A stretch of 64,000 nt of DNA from a bacterium (GTDB taxonomy: Bacteria; Patescibacteriota; Dojkabacteria; JAKAPS01; JAJZLI01). The notes under the pieces are model-generated. The model was not told where the DNA came from. It made no database searches and worked only from the letters and a program-made list of their open reading frames with translations. Position 1 is the first letter of the stretch, and every line of letters starts with the position of its first letter. Positions 60,689 through 64,000 of this stretch are shown here, piece by piece. A program made the translations under genes and the position numbers. Where the stretch lies: assembly GCA_027371855.1 (NCBI GenBank), contig DAHXLB010000011.1, positions 7,459-71,458 on the forward strand. Direction: 5' to 3'.

Positions 60689-61946
60689 CTTTCTTATCTA
60701 AAATATTACTTTCAAGTTCTCCTTGCGCTAGTTTAATTTTTACCACATCTCCTATATCAATACTTGAGATAGATTTTATTATTTTATTATCCTTATACAC
60801 TATAGAATATCCTTTATCTAAAATATATAATGGATTTATAGAATTGAGTATTGTAACTTTATTATTAATCAAATTGATCTTATTGTCAACCGTATTTTTT
60901 ACCTTTATAAATTGTATTTTTATTTTATTTTTCATATCTATTCTAATATTATATAGAAAATTCACTCTATCTTTTAGAAAATAAGAAGATTCTTTGAGAT
61001 ATTGTATTTTTTCATTAATTGAATATTCTATATTACTTTTTGAACGCAACATCAAATTATCTATTAACGTGTATTGACCTGTGATTCGTGAGTTAGATTT
61101 TATTATTTCTGTAGATATACATTTTTTTAAATATGCCTTTAAATCATATTTGGAAGGAGCAAGAATATTTGCTGCATCTGTAGGAGTTATAGCATGTACA
61201 TCAGCTACTAGATCAGAAATAGAGACATTACCTTCATGACCTACTGCAGATACAATAACCTTTTTAGAATTGTATATAGTATCTGCCAGTTGTTCAGAAT
61301 TAAATGGCATTAAATCCTCTATTGATCCCCCACCCCTCGTTATTATTATTACCTCTATTCCTTTTATTTTTTCAAAATATTCTATCCCTTCAATGATTTG
61401 TTTCTCAGCATTCTCACCCTGTACTTTGGAGTCGTATAGTGAAATTTTAGTTATAGGGAACCTTTTTTTATATGTGTTTAAAAAGTCTTTATATGCCATT
61501 GAATGTTTGTCTAAAGATGTTACAACACCGATTTTTAAAGGAAACCTTGGTGGTTGTTTTTTTCTATCCTCTTTAAAATACCCCTTATTTAAAAGTTTAA
61601 CTTTTAGTTCCTCTATTGTTTTATATATGTCTCCATCACCTAATATTTTTATATCCTCCAAAACAAGCTGGAATGTTGCCTTTTTTTCAAATAAAGATAA
61701 TGTTCCTTTAACTATAATCTCAGATCCTTCCTTTATGAAGTCTCTATATTTTAATGTCTTCTGCCCAAAGTCTACGCATCTAATTGACGATGTTTCATCC
61801 TTCAGGGTTATAAAGACCCAGCTCTCTTTTGTAATAGTTAATTCTGCGATCTCTCCTTGAATAAAGATACTGTTGAAATTTTCTCTCAAGTGCCTGGATA
61901 CAAATTTATTTATTTGACTAACTGTAAAAATGTTATCTTCGGACAT
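60678..61946 (-). CDS. xseA: exodeoxyribonuclease VII large subunit
   Basis: RGGGSIEDL, SAVGHE, DLVAD, TPT. Confidence 0.95.
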   Translation of the reverse strand: MSEDNIFTVSQINKFVSRHLRENFNSIFIQGEIAELTITKESWVFITLKDETSSIRCVDFGQKTLKYRDFIKEGSEIIVKGTLSLFEKKATFQLVLEDIKILGDGDIYKTIEELKVKLLNKGYFKEDRKKQPPRFPLKIGVVTSLDKHSMAYKDFLNTYKKRFPITKISLYDSKVQGENAEKQIIEGIEYFEKIKGIEVIIITRGGGSIEDLMPFNSEQLADTIYNSKKVIVSAVGHEGNVSISDLVADVHAITPTDAANILAPSKYDLKAYLKKCISTEIIKSNSRITGQYTLIDNLMLRSKSNIEYSINEKIQYLKESSYFLKDRVNFLYNIRIDMKNKIKIQFIKVKNTVDNKINLINNKVTILNSINPLYILDKGYSIVYKDNKIIKSISSIDIGDVVKIKLAQGELESNILDKKDDG

Positions 61947-62286
61947 AGTTTTTATTTACGATATATTCTTTCAGTGCCTCTGCATTATTATACTTTGATG
62001 ATGAGGAATAGATTAAAATAATACTTTTATCCTTTTCTAAGTTTATAATTTTTCCTATATTTTCTTTATTGTTGTTTAGTTCAATAAAATATTTTTTTCT
62101 AAACTCATCCCATTTCACGGGATCATGCATAAACCATTGCCTAAGTTTATTAGATGGAGCAATTTCTTTTAACCATAAATCAACTTTTAGATTCTCTTTT
62201 GTTACCCATCTTGGCCAGAATCTTTCTACAAGTATTCTGTAGCCATTAGTATTTATTTTGTCATAAGCTCTGTTTAATATTATCAT
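61933..62286 (-). CDS. DUF488 (YeaO-like) protein
   Basis: RAYD, GYRILVERFWPR, WLKEIAPS. Confidence 0.88.
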   Translation of the reverse strand: MIILNRAYDKINTNGYRILVERFWPRWVTKENLKVDLWLKEIAPSNKLRQWFMHDPVKWDEFRKKYFIELNNNKENIGKIINLEKDKSIILIYSSSSKYNNAEALKEYIVNKNYVRR

Positions 62287-63997
62287 TATTGGTTAGTATT
62301 TTTGTTTGGTATAAATCTTGTATAGTAAATCCACGATTTTTATAGTACTCCCTTGTTCCAATTCCGGATATAACTGATAACCTATAAAACCCATTATTTT
62401 TAGTTATCTCTTCAGCTTTCAAAAGTAATTTAGTTCCAATTCCTAAATGTTGTGCTGATTTTTCCGAGTCTTGGTTAGATATATCATGAATTCCTAAAGC
62501 TTGACCATATACATGTACTTCTCGTATCAAGGCACTATTTTTTAGTTCATCCAAATAATGATCTTTGTCTTTTGGGATAGATAATCTTAAAAATCCGAGT
62601 AGTTTAGATTCAAGGAAATCTGTTTTTGGTGATTTATCATTCGTATTATATGATAAAAATTTCTCAAAAGTTTTTGTTGTTTCATATTCATATACATCAT
62701 ATGTAATATCTCCTATACTTTGATCTTTTATTTCTCTACAACGTATACATTCACACTTAAGTCCACTCTCTTTCATTTTTATCTGCACTAGTTGTCTTAG
62801 ATTCGTTTTCTTATTGCCATCCATTATATAGGTTGATGGTATATCTCTAATGACTCTATTTATTCTGGAATATTTTTTAACTTGGGATTTTGCATGGATT
62901 AATATATCTATTAATTCTTCTTCAGAGTATGGTACATATTTTTTTGCTTTCCAATAATCATATAATTCTGCTGTCTCAATTATTGAACACGGATATATTT
63001 TTATTTCATCTGGCATATATGATTTATCTTTATATATAGTTTCAATATCTAATTTATCTATATCTGGAGTTGATCCATATAAATTTGGCATCCAGTGAAT
63101 TTGTATTTTGAATCCAAAACTACGTAATATATCTATTGCATTTCTTTGATCTTTTGATGTTTCTCCACGTTTATTAATTTCTAATACTCTATCATTTGTA
63201 CTTTGTATACCAAGTTGTATTTTTGTAGAACCAAGTTCTCTTAGATGTTTTGCCTCAAGATTACTTATTCTGTCAGGCCTTGTCTCTAGGGTTATTCCTA
63301 TACATCTATATTTAGAATTTTGATTAAGTTTTTGAGCATCCTTAAGCATTTGAATATTCCAATTTGAAGGTGGATCTACTTCATTCTGATGAGTGTTGAA
63401 ATTAACAGTGTTTTTTTTATAATTTAATGTTTCATATTTATATGAAAATTCATTCATTGCATCTAAACATCTTTTTATAAACCATTCTTGATAAGGTCTT
63501 GGATATACAGACCATGTTCCACCTAAAACTAAAAGTTCAATCTTTTCAGTTTTATGCCCAATGTTTTGTAATGCCTGCATTCTGTTTTTAACTTGTAGAT
63601 AAGGATCAAATTTATTCATTAGAGCTCTTTGAGCTCCTGGTTCTTTGGAAAGGTAACTTTTAGGCATCATCACATCATCTGGACAAAAAATACATTTACC
63701 TGGACACGGGAAGGGTTTTGTTAGTACTGTTATAGGAACTACTCCGGATATAGTTCTTATAGGTTTCATTTGAATTTTTTGTATTAGGGAATAGTCTTCT
63801 GTAATATTCTTATCCTTACACAATTTTTTGTATAGAGTTATTACTTTGCTTTGGGATAAGTTACTTTCTCTAATAAGTGTTTTTATATCTTGGGATGGAT
63901 TATCAATTAGGGTTTCTATTATATTCTGGTTAGAGAAATTTAAAGGTTTTACAGGTAAAGGCTGTTTCATATTAATATCTAATAAATATTTTTTCAC
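62261..63997 (-). CDS. elp3: Elp3 radical SAM/GNAT tRNA uridine(34) acetyltransferase
   Basis: RTISGV, CPGKCIFCP, ETRPD, REVHVYG, QHLGIG, ISGIGTREYY; start at window edge uncertain. Confidence 0.92.
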   Translation of the reverse strand: MKKYLLDINMKQPLPVKPLNFSNQNIIETLIDNPSQDIKTLIRESNLSQSKVITLYKKLCKDKNITEDYSLIQKIQMKPIRTISGVVPITVLTKPFPCPGKCIFCPDDVMMPKSYLSKEPGAQRALMNKFDPYLQVKNRMQALQNIGHKTEKIELLVLGGTWSVYPRPYQEWFIKRCLDAMNEFSYKYETLNYKKNTVNFNTHQNEVDPPSNWNIQMLKDAQKLNQNSKYRCIGITLETRPDRISNLEAKHLRELGSTKIQLGIQSTNDRVLEINKRGETSKDQRNAIDILRSFGFKIQIHWMPNLYGSTPDIDKLDIETIYKDKSYMPDEIKIYPCSIIETAELYDYWKAKKYVPYSEEELIDILIHAKSQVKKYSRINRVIRDIPSTYIMDGNKKTNLRQLVQIKMKESGLKCECIRCREIKDQSIGDITYDVYEYETTKTFEKFLSYNTNDKSPKTDFLESKLLGFLRLSIPKDKDHYLDELKNSALIREVHVYGQALGIHDISNQDSEKSAQHLGIGTKLLLKAEEITKNNGFYRLSVISGIGTREYYKNRGFTIQDLYQTKILTNNDNIKQSL

Positions 63998-64000
63998 TGA

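Noticed and set aside
1676..61860. Numerous short antisense or overlapping ORFs in the track (e.g. 8507..8974, 16755..17216, 61270..61860)
   Set aside because: Shadows of well-supported genes on the opposite strand or frame; no motifs
1..64000. Alternative genetic code (TGA=Gly/Trp)
   Set aside because: Long ORFs are intact under code 11 and TGA terminates genes at expected ends (e.g. nrdJ, sensor kinase)

Overview
Very AT-rich, gene-dense chromosomal segment from a reduced-genome bacterium. Gene content suggests a CPR/Patescibacteria-type organism: double-domain ThyX, class II RNR, a GH57/GlgA/GalT cluster, Elp3 and few Shine-Dalgarno sites. This is inference only. Standard code 11 fits. 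It is mostly housekeeping: cell wall (ddl, murF, murB, glmR, PBP), a surface-glycan locus, four aminoacyl-tRNA synthetases, nrdJ+cobO, htrA plus a two-component system, thyX/tmk, glycogen genes, nth, trxB, xseAB and elp3. There are two type II TA loci, one of them decayed. No rRNA, tRNA, CRISPR array or transposase was recognised. The most notable signals lie outside the supplied ORF track. (1) A degenerate palindromic 12-mer (GGATCTAGATCC-like) recurs across the window at gene junctions, protein termini and loop insertions. (2) At 56690-57225, two diverged ~200-nt non-coding modules with conserved blocks, variable inserts and terminators are separated by a 112-bp inverted-repeat element. (3) There is an unannotated 39-aa, 8-Cys metallothionein-like gene and a 53-aa LysW-like gene. 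(4) Several enzymes look catalytically degenerate: a GH57 paralogue, an acylphosphatase and a PBP without a transglycosylase domain. All calls are by eye; no searches were run.
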